Assembly: GCA_964016885.1 (NCBI GenBank)
Contig: OZ024758.1
Location: forward strand, 31,248,001-31,312,000
Source: Eledone cirrhosa
Lineage: Eukaryota
Direction of reading: 5' to 3'
Length of the DNA: 64,000 nucleotides
Position 1 is the first letter of the stretch. The number at the start of each line of letters is the position of its first letter. The translations under genes were made by a program, and so were the position numbers. This document shows positions 25,453 through 39,872 of this stretch, piece after piece. The notes beneath the pieces are model-generated. The model did not search any database. It had not been told where the DNA came from and was given only the letters and a program-made list of their open reading frames with translations.

Positions 25453-26230
25453 AAATATGGGTTTGTTTTTATTGATTTATTGTTTTAAATCGAGACAGGC
25501 AAACTGTATTAATCTAATTAGTATTTTTCAATCTAGCTAACTTGGTCATTTACAATGCAAACACTTATATGATTGTATTAGTGTTTATCATATATATATT
25601 AATTTACATTAACTTGTATTTCACGGCTCAGAAATGCTTCTTTCTTTGAGCGAATTAATTGTAAAAGACTGTTTGAGTTTATAATTCTATATATATAGTA
25701 TAACGGCTCCTTTTGTTGAGCTAATTTTAATCCCATAAAAACGGCTGTTATTTCTAGCAGCACGAGTATGAGATAGCTAAACGCTGAAAAACCATGTGCT
25801 TCAATCAGTTCTCCTAAATATTTTGAGGTGAAACATACCAATTTTCTGGGTCATGCTGATGAGAGCAGAAGATGGAATTTTTTCACTTTTTCTATTATCG
25901 AAACTCATTTGGGTTTTGAAGTTTAAACTTATCTACGGAACAAGTTTCGATTTTGAAATTTTAATTTGTCCAAGTACCACGGCTATTGCCAATATGGGTT
26001 TGTTTTTATTGATTTATTATTTTAAATCGAGACAGGCAAACTGTATTAATCTAATTAGTATTTTTCAATCTAGCTAACTTGGTCATTTACAATGCAAACA
26101 CTTATATGATTGTATTAGTGTTTATCATATATATTAATTTATATTAACTTGTATTTCACGGCTCAGAAATACTTCTTTCTTTGAGCTAATTAATTGTAAA
26201 AGACTGTTTGAGTTTATAACTCTATATATA
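25453..26230 (+). repeat. ~240-bp direct repeat (25453-25697 / 25990-26230), pseudo-LTR-like, each copy ending at (TA)n
   Basis: Directly visible duplication; weak hammerhead-like motif CTGATGA..GAAA-CTCATTTGGG-TT at ~25851-25920 between the copies. Confidence 0.85.
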
Positions 26231-26255
26231 TATAGTATATATATATATATATATG

Positions 26256-26326
<71 letters not shown>

Positions 26327-26355
26327 GTATATATATATATGTTTATATATATATG

Positions 26356-26469
<114 letters not shown>

Positions 26470-26530
26470 CATACATATATATATAAACATATATATATAT
26501 ACATATATATATATACATACATATATATAT

Positions 26531-26593
<63 letters not shown>

Positions 26594-26611
26594 CATATAT
26601 ATACATATATT

Positions 26612-26642
<31 letters not shown>

Positions 26643-26722
26643 ATGTACATTCATATATATATATACATACATATGTATACATATATATATATATATATAT
26701 ACATACATATATATACACATAC

Positions 26723-26757
<35 letters not shown>

Positions 26758-26805
26758 CATATATATATACATATATATATATATATATTCATACATATAT
26801 ATACA

Positions 26806-26846
<41 letters not shown>

Positions 26847-26884
26847 ATACATACATATATATATACATACATATATATACATAG

Positions 26885-26958
<74 letters not shown>

Positions 26959-27002
26959 ACATACATATATATACATATATATACATACATATATATATAT
27001 AC

Positions 27003-27067
<65 letters not shown>

Positions 27068-27071
27068 CATA

Positions 27072-27112
<41 letters not shown>

Positions 27113-27208
27113 ATACATATATATACATACATATACATACATATATATACATACATATACATACATATATATATACATATATATACACATACATATATAT
27201 ACATATAC

Positions 27209-27255
<47 letters not shown>

Positions 27256-27338
27256 CATATATATATACATATATATATATACATATATATACATACATAT
27301 ATATGTATACATACATATGTAAAGATACATATATATAC

Positions 27339-27417
<79 letters not shown>

Positions 27418-27436
27418 CATTCATATATATACATTC

Positions 27437-27531
<95 letters not shown>

Positions 27532-28138
27532 TATATGTATGTATGTATAGCCGAATAGCTGTGTTATATTTAACCACCCTGTCGAGAGCGCCATTCGATT
27601 TGTGATATTTTGCATTTTCGCAATATTATACACAGATGAATTCAATCGCCTAATTTAGGTGTTGCCTCCCTTGCTGAACCCCACGTGGGGTCAGTTACAG
27701 ACACATCTATGTGGACTTTCGAACTGAATCCTGTTGATAACGCGTACTCGTAGTTCAGTCAGGATACGAGAAACTTAACATCCTTTATGTAAGTGGACAG
27801 TAAATGACTTATGGAGCCGCAGAAACCCCAACACTGGACTTTACCATCATTCCAGGGGTCCGGGTGAGTATCAAACATGTATATTTTCATATATTTTTAT
27901 ATCTGTATATCTGTTTGACCCGAAATAGGAGATCGAATCTTCGCTGTGTGGATGATTAGTTTAACCACCATCTCAGTGTGTTTGGCCTTTAACGTAAGTT
28001 GTAAGCTCTAATTCATTTGAATTATAGAGCGCTTGCCTCACAATTCGAAAGTGTTTTCTCGTTATTTCATGGGCTGAATTTGGATTTTCGCTAATTTTTA
28101 CTTGTATATATATATATATATATACAAGTATATATACT

Positions 28139-28309
<171 letters not shown>

Positions 28310-28325
28310 CTACATATATATATAT

Positions 28326-28751
28326 ATGAGAGACGTAAAATAAGAAAATTATAAAATTAACTTACTTACTAAAAAATCACTTCCAACTAATTAGTTTCTG
28401 GAATGGAGTAAATATATTTTCCGAAGAAACATATACAAAATCATTCCGTCATCAGGAAAGTCTTTTTCCGTGTAAGTCTCCAGGCATAGCGAGGACTCTG
28501 GAAACTTATTTAAAAAATTCAGTGGAAAAGAAATAGCGAAGCGTGGACTGGATTCCTAGCCATTGAGAAAGTCACTGCTTCTTCGTCTGTGGCAAATTCA
28601 AAAAGAATCAATCACGTGACATCGAGGTCAATCAGTGGAAAGCGAATGGTTAATAAGACAGCGGCCAGCTTACTACCATAGTAGCAGTCATGGCCAAATA
28701 TTGCTCGACAAATGAATTGGAGATAATTATAAGGAATTTATATCTAGTAAC

Positions 28752-28755
<4 letters not shown>
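28326..28755 (-). mobile_element. Solo PLE-like terminal repeat between (TA)n tracts
   Basis: Shares sequence with 19675-19860; contains a hammerhead motif. Confidence 0.7.
28379..28461 (-). ncRNA. Type-I hammerhead motif
   Basis: rc: ACTTTC-CTGATGA-CGGAATG..CATTCCA-GAAA-CTAATTAG-TT-GGAAGT. Confidence 0.75.
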
Positions 28756-28813
<58 letters not shown>

Positions 28814-29104
28814 ATACATATATATAAATATACATACATACATATATATATATACATACATATATATATATAAATATACATACATACATATATATATAAA
28901 TATACATACATACATATATATATAAATATCCATACATACATATATATATAAATATACATACATATATATATATATAAATCTACATACATACATATATATA
29001 AATCTACATACATACATATATACATACATACATTTACGTATGTATATAGCTATGCATTTATACATTTGTATATATACATGCATTTATATTTAAGTGTGTA
29101 AGGT

Positions 29105-29138
<34 letters not shown>

Positions 29139-29169
29139 GAGCGTTGTTATTTGGTGTTGTTGAAAAGAG

Positions 29170-31103
29170 CAGTGGCCTTTGACCTGGCAATAAAAAACTG
29201 TAGACAAAATTATTTCTGTACGCAAACCAATATATATATACATAGATAGATACACAACAGACACACACAAACACACATAGACACGCACACACGCACACAC
29301 ACATACATACACACACACAAACTTGTGTGTGTCTATATATATGTGTGTGTGTGTGTGTGCGTGCGTGTCTATGTGTGTTTGTGTGTGTCTGTGTATCTAT
29401 CTATGTATATATATATCTATATAAGGGATACAAATACTACTTTCTCACTATCCCCAAGCATCATTTGTTGCTAAGTATTTTATTTTGCTACGAGGTATTT
29501 TATTTTGCAAGGTACTATTTTCCCCCTGAGTTTGTGATTTCAGAGAAAGGTAAGAAATTCTTCATATTTTATATCTTTTGTATTTTGACTTTACAGTTTG
29601 AATTGTAGAATTGTTTATTCAATCAAAATATTACAACCGCTAACAGTGAAATATAGAATTTAAAAAAAAAAGCTTTTTCGACTGAAATCAAGTCTGAGAA
29701 CATTCACGTCTATTTTTCAAAAATATATAATTTGAAATAGTTTGCTTTTGTTTTAGATTGAAACTTTTTTTGTATTTAATTCGTACGGGTATTTTTTAAA
29801 CATCATTCTAACATAACTTGATTTGGCGTATTACGTGCACTGCGGCATTCATATTTCTCAACTTATTATAACTAAGTCTGTACAACAAGTTTCACTTATC
29901 AAAAATGTTCTAGGTTGCGTGAATGAATTGCGGAAACTATATAGTACATCAGGAAAATTTAAGCAAGCGTATTTATCACAACATGATGAAGAAAATGAAG
30001 TATCGTCACCACGCTCCTTAACACCTGTGTGCCCTACTCGATGGCTAACACGACTTTCTGCAGTCAAAGCCCTTCTTGACAATTATTCAGATGTCCCTAT
30101 TTATTTACAAGGGGCAACAAATGAGTTTGGCACCAACATTGCATCCAGAACTAATGTTATTCTTACGTGTCACTCTCCGGGCCAACGTGTCCTTGGATTG
30201 TACGTTGTAGTTCCATTACTTCAATTCCTTGAAGGATTGAACAAATATTTCCAAAGTACCACCTTCAATCTAGGTAGCATGCTGCATAGTGTCAAACTGG
30301 TGCAGGAGGAGCTAAACAATCTACGCAGTGAAGAAAAATTTCAGGAGCTGTTCAATACAGCAGAAAAAATGATTTATCAACTCGATATTTCTCCTTTGGA
30401 GCTACCCAGGCAACGAAAAGTTCCTAAAAGATACCAGGAATGGAAATGTTTGTGCTGAAATGATCATACAGTATCCAGAGCTTGATGAATTTTCTTTAAG
30501 GAACGAAATACTTTTTTATAGAAATCATCATAGTGGATCATCTTTCGAGGATCATCGTAAAATATTCGGTGAAATGCAACCAGAAGTCCGTCGCATGTTT
30601 CTAAATGGTGTGCGATTGTTCAGGCTACTTTTAATGTTTCCAACCAGTTCTTGTGAAGCTGAAAGATCTTTTAGCGCTCTGCAGAGACTCAAAACTTGGT
30701 TGCGATCGACCATGACTCAACAAAGGTTGAATCATATTCTAATATGAGACGTTCATAAAGATGTTTTGAAAAATATTAGCTGTGAAGAAGTTGCTAAATT
30801 ATTTATTGACAGCAATGATGCGAGATATGATACATTTGGAAAGTTCTAAAAGATAATAAATTTACTTTATATGATTTTTATTCAAACGTCTGTTTTATTT
30901 TTTGTTTATTTGTTATAATAAATACTTTTTAAGCTTATTTTTTTGTTATATCTGAACTTCATTTGAATATATAAAATTTAATTAGCGTAAAGAAATGTTT
31001 ACTTATGTGATAGGGTTCAGGAAAGACACCATAAGTAATACTAAAATGCTCCAACAAATGTTGCTTTGTCCCCCTCACATTTTTAAGGCAAACGAGGCCC
31101 CTG
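29170..31103 (+). mobile_element. Internally deleted hAT transposon (Tip100/ZMYM1-like transposase remnant 29823-30850)
   Basis: 8-bp TSD GAAAAGAG (29162-29169, 31104-31111); termini CAGTGGCCT / AGGCCCCTG; motifs YVHC..H, CPTRW, PTSSCEAERSFSALQRLKTWLRSTMTQQRLN. Confidence 0.88.
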
Positions 31104-31111
31104 GAAAAGAG

Positions 31112-34100
31112 CAACATTATTCAGTAACCCGTTCATCACCGTGATCGGCTTGACCTCGATACTTCAGCTCATTCTTACTAACATTCGGTTTGTTTGACCC
31201 CATCTTATATTCATTGCATTTCCACATCATTTATTCTATAACTAGGTTGTTGCTATTCCTATATAAACTGACTGTTTATACTACGATCAAGTCCTGTTAT
31301 AGCCTTGGGTTTAAGGAAATGCTTTTGTAGTCTTCAACAGTCATCCATTATAATTGCAGCACCATTACAAGAATATCACAGTAATGCATTAAGGTAAGGG
31401 CGATAATTTGAGTAACTCTGACTAATAAGATGTCTTAACTCAGTATTATCGCGTCTTATCACTACGTGCTTAATTGATGAATTCCATTTCAAAATAGTAC
31501 ATTACTAGTCATTCATGCATTAAGTTCTCTTGAACTCGTTGCCTCGTTGATCCTTTATTGAGTCTGCCACCTTAATTCCCTCAAGCTAAGTTATTACTAT
31601 TCCTACATGAAAGACTGGTTAATCTTCATATATAACTTGTCTCGACTTGGTTAATTAATGACAGTATTTGTGTTTTTCATTGCAGTTTTGTTTATTACAA
31701 AGCGTTATTCCAGAACATTACTTGAAACTTTATCATACTGGAACAGGACTCATTATAGTAAGTTCCTTATACATAATTTTATAGGCTTATATAAGCAAAT
31801 CTTTGCGTAACTTTACCAAACACATTCGCTAAACAGAAAATGGCCTCAGCAATGAAGAAAAAATGCAGGCAGTACAGCGTTGATTTCTTACGGTTCGGAT
31901 TCATCCCATCGCCGTCGAACCACCTGTCACCCATGTGTTTAATTTGCAAGGAGTCCTTTTCGAATGAGGCGATGAAGCCATCGCGTTTGAGTAGACACCT
32001 GGAGGTGAGGCACCCCGATAAGAGATATAAAGATTTAGCATACTTTCAGTCTCTTAGGGACCAATTCCAGAAAACAACACTAATTTCTTCTGCCTTTTCA
32101 AAAGTTGAAGCTTCAAATGTTGATGGACTTGTCGCATCTTACAATATTGCCAACGTAATCGCAAAGTGTGGCAAGCCCCATTCCTTGGGTGAAACATTGG
32201 TAGCCCCTGTCATCTCAGAAGTTCTTTCAACAGTACTACGTCAGAACCCGTTAAAGACCTTGAAATGTATTCCGTTGAGTAATGACTCAATAAGGAGACG
32301 CTTCGACGAAATGGCGGAAAATGTTGAACAACAATTATGCAACATCTTGAAATCAACACAATTTGCTTTGCAACTTGATGAAAGCACACTTTCCGGGAAT
32401 CAGTCCTTACTACTGGGATACGTGCGATTTTTCCATCAAAACGAAATGCTCGAGGAGCTTCTCTTCACTCTGAATCTAGCCACAGATACTAAAGGTGCCA
32501 CCATCTTTGAATCTGTCAAGGGATACCTCGAAGTAAAAGAGATACCTCTTAACAATATTGTATCATGTGCTACGGACGGCGCAAGAGCAATGGTCGGCCA
32601 ACATAAGGGTTTCGTCTCTCTTCTGAAGAGGGAAAATCCATCTGTATTTGCTGTTCATTGTGTCATTCATCGACAACACTTGGCTGCGAAGAAACTCAGC
32701 GAGCCGCTGAGCAAGTCTTTGCAGGTAGCCATTGATGTCATCAATTATATCAAACGCCATGCCCTCAATGAACGAATTTTCCGGCAACTGTACGAAGATA
32801 ATGACGAAGAATTCGTCGAGTTGCTCCTTCATACTGAAGTGAGGTGGCTTTCAAAGGGCAAGTGCCTTACTCGCTTCTTTAAACTGTTCGACTCTCTCAT
32901 TGAGTTTCTTCTAGGACGCAACACAGAACTATATAAAAAAGCCCTCGATGTGAGGCAAGACTGTTCCTGCCTCACCGACATCTTTGACAAATGCAATAGT
33001 CTCATTATGGATTTGCAGGGGGAGAAGATCACCTTGTTTAAAGCAAGGAATGCTGTGAAAATATTCCTGGCCAAATTGAAAGTCACCGAAAGGAATCTTT
33101 GTTGACGGGAATTCTATAATGTTCCTTGTGTCTCCAATGTTTCAAACATTGTAAGCGATGACCAACTGCAAATGTATACCGCGCACCTCCGTGCACTACA
33201 AGACAACATGAGAGAACGGTTTCTCGACCTTTTGCAGATGGATATCCCAATGTGGGTAGCAGATCCCTTCATAGCCAACGTCGACGATTTCGACGTTAAA
33301 TTTCAGGAAGAATTAATTGAACTTCGGACAGATGACATTATCAAAATTAAATTTTCCAAAATAGATGAACCCCTTTTTTGGATGCAAGAGGAAATTCAGC
33401 GTCGATTTCCACTCCTACATGCAGTGGCTAAGAGATTTGCTTTGCCTTTTCCTAACTCATACTTAGTCGAGAGGGGGTTTGGCGTTGTTTCCAGACTGCA
33501 TAGTAAGGCTCGCAACCGCTACAATGTGATTGCACGTGGAGATCTCCGGCTACAGCTCACGAAAATCCAGCCTGACGTCAAAGAGTTAACTAAACTCCAT
33601 GAAGCTCAAGGGTCCCATTGATACGAGGTCAAAGTAAGTCGATTTTTTTATTTGTAGTTGCAGTCTGACTGGACTGGAAACCATCTACCACAATTCACTT
33701 ACTCATTTGTTGTATATATTTTACCTTTTACTAATGAATATACCCTCTTACGAGGTCATGAAAACCCTATTGCGTGGTCACAAAGCGGAGGGGACATCAA
33801 GTTAGATATCAACATTTATTCTGTCCGTTTCATTAAAGGGAAAATTGGAAAGCTTTGAAATAATACAACTGCCACTTTCTTCCAGATAAGAGCACTCTTT
33901 GGATAGACAGAATTGCTCTTGTATAAATGTTCAAAATAGCTGCTATCGTCTGGTGGGAATATAACAAATTCAACTGGTCCTAATTCATAAAAAAGAACAT
34001 TTATGTTCCTTTTTTTGAAATCTATATACTTCCTTTCAAGGAATGTATTTATACTTTCAACTGCCTGCAATGGTATCTTTGGAATATCGTTAATCATTTT

Positions 34101-34224
34101 TTTTAGTAATCTACTGATATCAAAATCAGTAGTATATTGAAAAATGGAAAAAAGGGTAGGGGGGCGTTTCGTGATTTCGAAGGGAAAAAGGGGGAGTTTG
34201 GCCGAAATGGGTTGAGAACCTTTG
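31112..34224 (+). mobile_element. hAT Buster/Charlie transposon; right TIR present, left end not found (start approximate)
   Basis: Ends GTTGAGAACCTTTG followed by ATCTACAT; transposase inside. Confidence 0.8.
31840..33621 (+). pseudogene. Buster/Charlie (ZBED5/ZBED8-like) transposase with one in-frame stop at 33103-33105
   Basis: BED finger CLIC..MKPSRLSRHL..H, LQLDEST, ATDGA, HCVIHRQHLA, TEVRWLSKG, SYLVERGF, RGDLRL; the two track ORFs are in the same frame. Confidence 0.92.
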
Positions 34225-34740
34225 ATCTACATTTATGACATTACTGACATCATCAAACACAGTAACATCAGAATCTTCGCAGATGATTCCAAGCTGCAAA
34301 GGGTCATCAATGAGGTGGGTGACCGGACTTGCCTTCAGTCAGACCTACTGGCTGTTATCCAATGGGCAGAGATGAATAATATGCTGTTGAATGGTTGAAT
34401 GAGGATAAATTTGAACTAATCCACTTTGGAAAAAAGAATGCTCTGAAACTACCATACTCTCTTCCTTCGGGTGAAACTCTGGTGGCTTCCAATAACATCA
34501 GAGACCTGGGAGTAATTGTGGACAACAATATAAGCTGGGCCACTCATATAAACAGCAAAGTTGATATGGCCCGCAGAATGTGTTCCTGGATTCTCAGAAC
34601 TTTCCAGTCGAGAGATATCCACACTGTTGTCCTTCTCTTCTCCTTTTGCCCGAACCCACCTTGAATACTGTTGTCCACTGTGGTCACCCCACACGAAACA
34701 AATTATCATGAAAGTTGAAGCACCCCAAAAGTCAATGTTG
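34225..34740 (+). mobile_element. CR1/L2-group LINE RT fragment, frameshifted
   Basis: IRIFADDSKL, LQSDL..W, DKFELIHFG, RDLGVIVD, HLEYCCPLWSP. Confidence 0.85.
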
Positions 34741-35298
34741 ACATACATCTCCGACGGCACCTCCCCGATTAGTCAACGTGGTATATATTAGTCAACGTGA
34801 TGTATACCACAATTTCAAACTGCTAATCTTGAGTGAAACGTTGATGTAAATAATGAACTTACAATCACATCTTATATACCTTGAAAAGTCCCACCATATG
34901 GTCGGACGAAACGGCTGTCGGCAATAAACTTGTTGTAATGTCATAATAGTTCTTTTGTTCTTTTTCATTAATATTTCTGCTCTGCTTATACGCATAGAGC
35001 TTAACTAGCTACCGTCGCATATTTGGTAGGTCAGGCGTGATCATCGCGATTCACATACGACTTACCATACATCTTGCTTACATCTCTCTCTCTCTATATA
35101 TATATACATATATACATATATATATAGAGAGAGAGATAGATAAATATACACGGGTGTGTATGATTGTGTATAGAAGATTATATTAATAAGAGGAATTCCA
35201 ACTTTGTCTGATTTACTCGTTTTATTTACAATCCTTTAAAATTTATAATGGTATTATAATGAAATAGTATGATAGAATATTAAATTCTAAGTGTTAAT

Positions 35299-35337
35299 TG
35301 AACAAGTACTTTCATGCTTTCGCAATCTTCAGGTTCA
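35299..35337 (-). ncRNA. Minimal type-I hammerhead motif (left arm)
   Basis: rc: TGAAC-CTGAAGA-TTGC GAAA GCAT-GAAA-GTAC-TT-GTTCA. Confidence 0.8.
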
Positions 35338-35409
35338 TAGTATGTGGTGACAGTCAAGTTTGCAATTTTCACAGTTGAAAATTGCAAACTTGACTGTCAC
35401 CACATACTA

Positions 35410-35448
35410 TGAACCTGAAGATTGTGAAAGCATGAAAGTACTTGTTCA
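35410..35448 (+). ncRNA. Minimal type-I hammerhead motif (right arm)
   Basis: TGAAC-CTGAAGA-TTGT GAAA GCAT-GAAA-GTAC-TT-GTTCA. Confidence 0.78.
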
Positions 35449-35911
35449 ATTAACACTTAGAATTTAATATTCTATCATACTATTTCATTATAATACCATT
35501 ATAAATTTTAAAGGATTGTAAATAAAACGAGTAAATCAGACAAAGTTGGAATTCCTCTTATTATTACATATATATACATATATACATGTATATACACATA
35601 TATATATACATATATATATACATATATATACATATATATATACATATATATATACATATATATACATACATATATATACATATATATATATACATATATA
35701 TACATACATATATATACATATATGTATATATATACATATATATATACATATATATATACACATATATATATATATATACATGTATATATACATATATATA
35801 CATATATATACATATATATAGATACATATATATACATATATATAGATACATATATATATACATATATATATGCATACATATATATAGATACATATATATA
35901 CATATATATAA

Positions 35912-35970
35912 TATGGTGGCTGGCAACTCGTTTTCGAGTACGGCCACTACTTTATATCCATGAACGAGTG
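35912..35970 (-). mobile_element. 3' tip of the RTE-derived element
   Basis: ATGGTGGCTGGCAACTCGTTTTCGAGTACGGCCAC. Confidence 0.8.
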
Positions 35971-35971
35971 T

Positions 35972-36035
<64 letters not shown>

Positions 36036-36038
<3 letters not shown>

Positions 36039-36242
36039 AACAAGTAGGACCCCGACGGCTAAGCTCGAGCCGTTTCGACGGCTAATTCTGGACTAAAATC
36101 ATCTTAGTCCAGAATTAGCCGTCGAAACGGATTGAGCTCAGCCGTCGGGGTCCTACTCGTTCCTATTACCCACTCAACTACCCTAAGTATTGAGTACTTT
36201 GGTGCGTTATGGTCCACCTGGTTCCTTACCACATTTCCTTCG

Positions 36243-36244
<2 letters not shown>
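36036..36244. repeat. Fold-back palindrome (36036-36165) with hammerhead 3' half, between (TA)n tracts
   Basis: ~62-bp arms around AATCATC; the left arm reads (rc) GAAA-CGGCT..AGCCG-TC and the right arm has one stem-III mismatch. Confidence 0.88.
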
Positions 36245-36320
<76 letters not shown>

Positions 36321-36441
36321 GTATGTATATATATATGTATATATATATGTATGTATATATATATATGTATATACATATATATATACGTATATATATGTAT
36401 ATATATATGTATATATATATGTATATATATATATGTATATA

Positions 36442-36549
<108 letters not shown>

Positions 36550-37580
36550 TATATACATATATATATGTATATATATATGTATATATATATGTATATATAT
36601 ATATGTATATATATATATGTATATATATATGTATATGTTCTCTTGAGAGAATCGTTTTTGCTGAAAATATCGAATAATGTACACCATTTTTACCAGTATC
36701 ACAAAAATACTGGTCCACCCACACACACTTCGCAAACCCCCCAGCCACTAACAAAAGAAGAAGGAAGCACCACACCGAAGATGAACTTCCCAACCTCGCT
36801 TCCATAAGAAGGAACAAAACCCTAGAAATCATCACCCCCAGAATGACATTTACAACTTTCCCCCTTCAAGGAGACACCATACCAAATCACTCAACTACTA
36901 CGCGGATGCCTTATCGTCAAACATAGGGAAAAGATACCACCACCATGATAGATGTAACAACTTCCCCACTTCAAGGGGACAGCAAGGTAATTTCCATTTT
37001 CTCAACTCTCGCTTCCACAATACACAACAAACCTACACCACACGATACAACCAACAACGTAGGCCACTTATAACACCACAATCCAACATGACACATAGAA
37101 ACACACATCCATACTCGCAATACAGGAACACCCCATTCAATCTACAACCACGAAGCCGAACCACATTTTACAACAACAAGGAATATAACAAACACAGGAG
37201 ACCACTTAACATCAGCAGACAACCCCTCTACCCCAATCATTTTTTAGACACAGCACACAGATACAAGCAAACACAATAACACAAGACAGGGAGGAGAAAC
37301 CGAGAGAAATAAAAATTATCAATCTAACCAGTGCAGAACCAACACCCAACTTATCAACTTACTCTCCAAAGGTCTTAAATTCACACCAACCCCACTACAT
37401 CCTAACTACTATGAAATCACAGACTTCTGTAGAAAGTTACGACTCAGTGAAGAACTATTCGACCAGTACAATGAGGATGAATTATTAGCCAGAAATAGAA
37501 GCAACTCTACCCCATCAAAAGGTAGAAATAAGATCCTGGACGAATTCTGTGAACACATCACAAACTTCCCTTACCAACAC

Positions 37581-38890
37581 TTGCACAGACAAAAACTCAA
37601 GCCAAACCTCAACAAGAAAGAATGGGAAGAATTAAATAGATTAAAAACCGACAGAACCATTACAATTAAAGAGGCTGATAAAGGGAGTACAGTAGTCCTA
37701 ATGGAGATAGAATTCTATATCAACTTAGCGCTCTCCACTTTGGAAAACGAAACATACTACGAAAAGGCTGAACACTACAATCAACAGAAAATTATGAGAA
37801 ACCTAAAAACTCTGATCAACCAATACAAAGAAGGACTCACTAACAAGGAATTCAGCTTCATCACAGACTTCACAAGTAAATCCAGCCTTTTCTACGGTAT
37901 CCCTAAAGTATATAAAAGCGAATTAATAAGTAAGGCATGCAAAGAAGCCACAGACATAGTCATCAATGTCCCCTCACCCAATGATCTCAAATTAAGATCT
38001 ATAATAGCAGGCCTCGCTTGCGAAACCCACCGCCTTAGCAACTTCATTGATACCCTTCTCAAGCCTTTTCTAAAACACATCAAAAGCTATATAAGGGACG
38101 ACCTAGATATGCTCAATCACCTCCCTAATATGCCCCTTTCTGAACAAACCCTACTAGTGACGTTCGATGTAGTCAACCTATACTCCAACATTCCCCACAA
38201 CCTAGGAATAGAAGCTATCCAATTCTGGCTGGATAATTACCACAACGAACTCCCACAACGCATCAAAAAAGAATTCGTGATAGAGGGACTCATATTTATC
38301 TTGGAGAACAATTACTTCGTTTTCAATAACAAATCCTACAGGCAGAAATCTGGGACCGCTATGGGAACGAAAACAGCCCCCACTTATGCCAACCTAATCA
38401 TGGGATACCTGGAAATCACCCTCTACACTAAAGTACTAAACAAATTTGGAAACACTCTCCACTTACACATAGAGAAGAACTGGAAGCGATATCTATATGA
38501 CTGCTTCATCCTTTGGCACGAAAACATCGAGAAACTTGAAGAATTTCACACCCTTATAAATGGGCTCAACACGAATATTAACTTTACGATGGAATACAGC
38601 CATCAACAACTCCCCTTCCTCGACATCCTCATTAAGATTCATAACAAAAAAATAGAACCAGGCATATACTACAAGCCCACAGACTCCAAGCAATACCTTC
38701 CTTTCAATTCTTGCCACCCTTGACACGTTAAAATTAATATTCCCTACAACTTAGCCAAGAGAATCTGTACTATAGTCTCCAATAAAAACACGTTACTTAC
38801 GGCTACAAGAACTAAAAGACACACTCATAGGCAGGGACTACCCTGCATCACTAATTGACAATGGAATCCAACGTGCCCTAAAACTCAGTA
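37581..38890 (+). pseudogene. PLE reverse transcriptase, inactivated
   Basis: Catalytic YxDD reads YLYD; stop at 38721-38723; frameshifts upstream and downstream. Confidence 0.85.
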
Positions 38891-39075
38891 CCCAGGACTA
38901 GTTGATTACGGCGGGTAGGCTTATTGCTAGAAAGCGCAGCCTAATATCGCCAAATTGGTAAGCAACTAGTCACATCCTTTCTAACTTGACCGCTGCCACG
39001 TCACGATTCTTAGCCATTTTTGAATGTATTTTTGGCGCGATCACTTTCGAAAATTAAATGTCTTATTTTGAGCTC

Positions 39076-39151
39076 GCTCCTGATGATTCCGAAGCTCCGG
39101 ATATACCTTGTTATAGGATGTCTTAAAATACGGATGAAACCATGGTAGAGG
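39076..39151 (+). ncRNA. Type-I hammerhead motif (homolog of 25118-25197)
   Basis: CTC-CTGATGA-TTCCG..CGGAT-GAAA-CCATGG-TA-GAG. Confidence 0.72.
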
Positions 39152-39442
39152 TAATTTGGTATGTACGCAATTCTTCTAAGTTCAATTTTACACCTAATTG
39201 TGTTTGGTTGACTGTATATCTGGTCGATTATTACATGCTGTCGAAATGTTAGGTAAATAATCTATTGTAGCCACCGCGAAGGAGCTGCTTTCGGTTATTT
39301 GTCGAAGATTTCTTCATAGGAGCTTTTATTCTTATAGCTTGGTCTAATTGATTTTTTATATGGTTAATTATACTAATTGGGAGAGGAAATGGTATATATT
39401 ATATCTAGTGATTCTAAAGACATATTTTATGATATATATATG

Positions 39443-39782
<340 letters not shown>

Positions 39783-39841
39783 TATATATATATATATGTA
39801 TGTATATATATATGTATATATATATGTATATATATACATAC

Positions 39842-39872
<31 letters not shown>

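Larger units (their letters stand above)
35142..35563. repeat. Near-perfect head-to-head palindrome (~190-bp arms, 4-nt centre CAGT) of a PLE terminal repeat
   Basis: 35184-35371 is the rc of 35376-35563, with about one mismatch seen. Confidence 0.93.
36640..39430 (+). mobile_element. Decayed Penelope-like element: N-terminal region + RT, no endonuclease visible, joined to a hammerhead-bearing terminal repeat
   Basis: IINLTS, LLSKGLKFTPTP, IKEADKGS, YGIPKVYK, TFDVVNLYSNIP, GTAMGTKTAPTYANL, WKRYLYDCF, LPFLDI, SCHP; (TA)n on both sides. Confidence 0.88.

Noticed and set aside
33103-33105. TGA read-through in the Buster transposase
   Set aside because: Most simply a CGA>TGA mutation; no supporting signal seen.
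38721-38723. In-frame TGA in the PLE RT as possible selenocysteine (as in Naiad PLEs)
   Set aside because: The position fits CGA(Arg)>TGA CpG decay in SCHPRH; the element has other lesions and a mutated YxDD.
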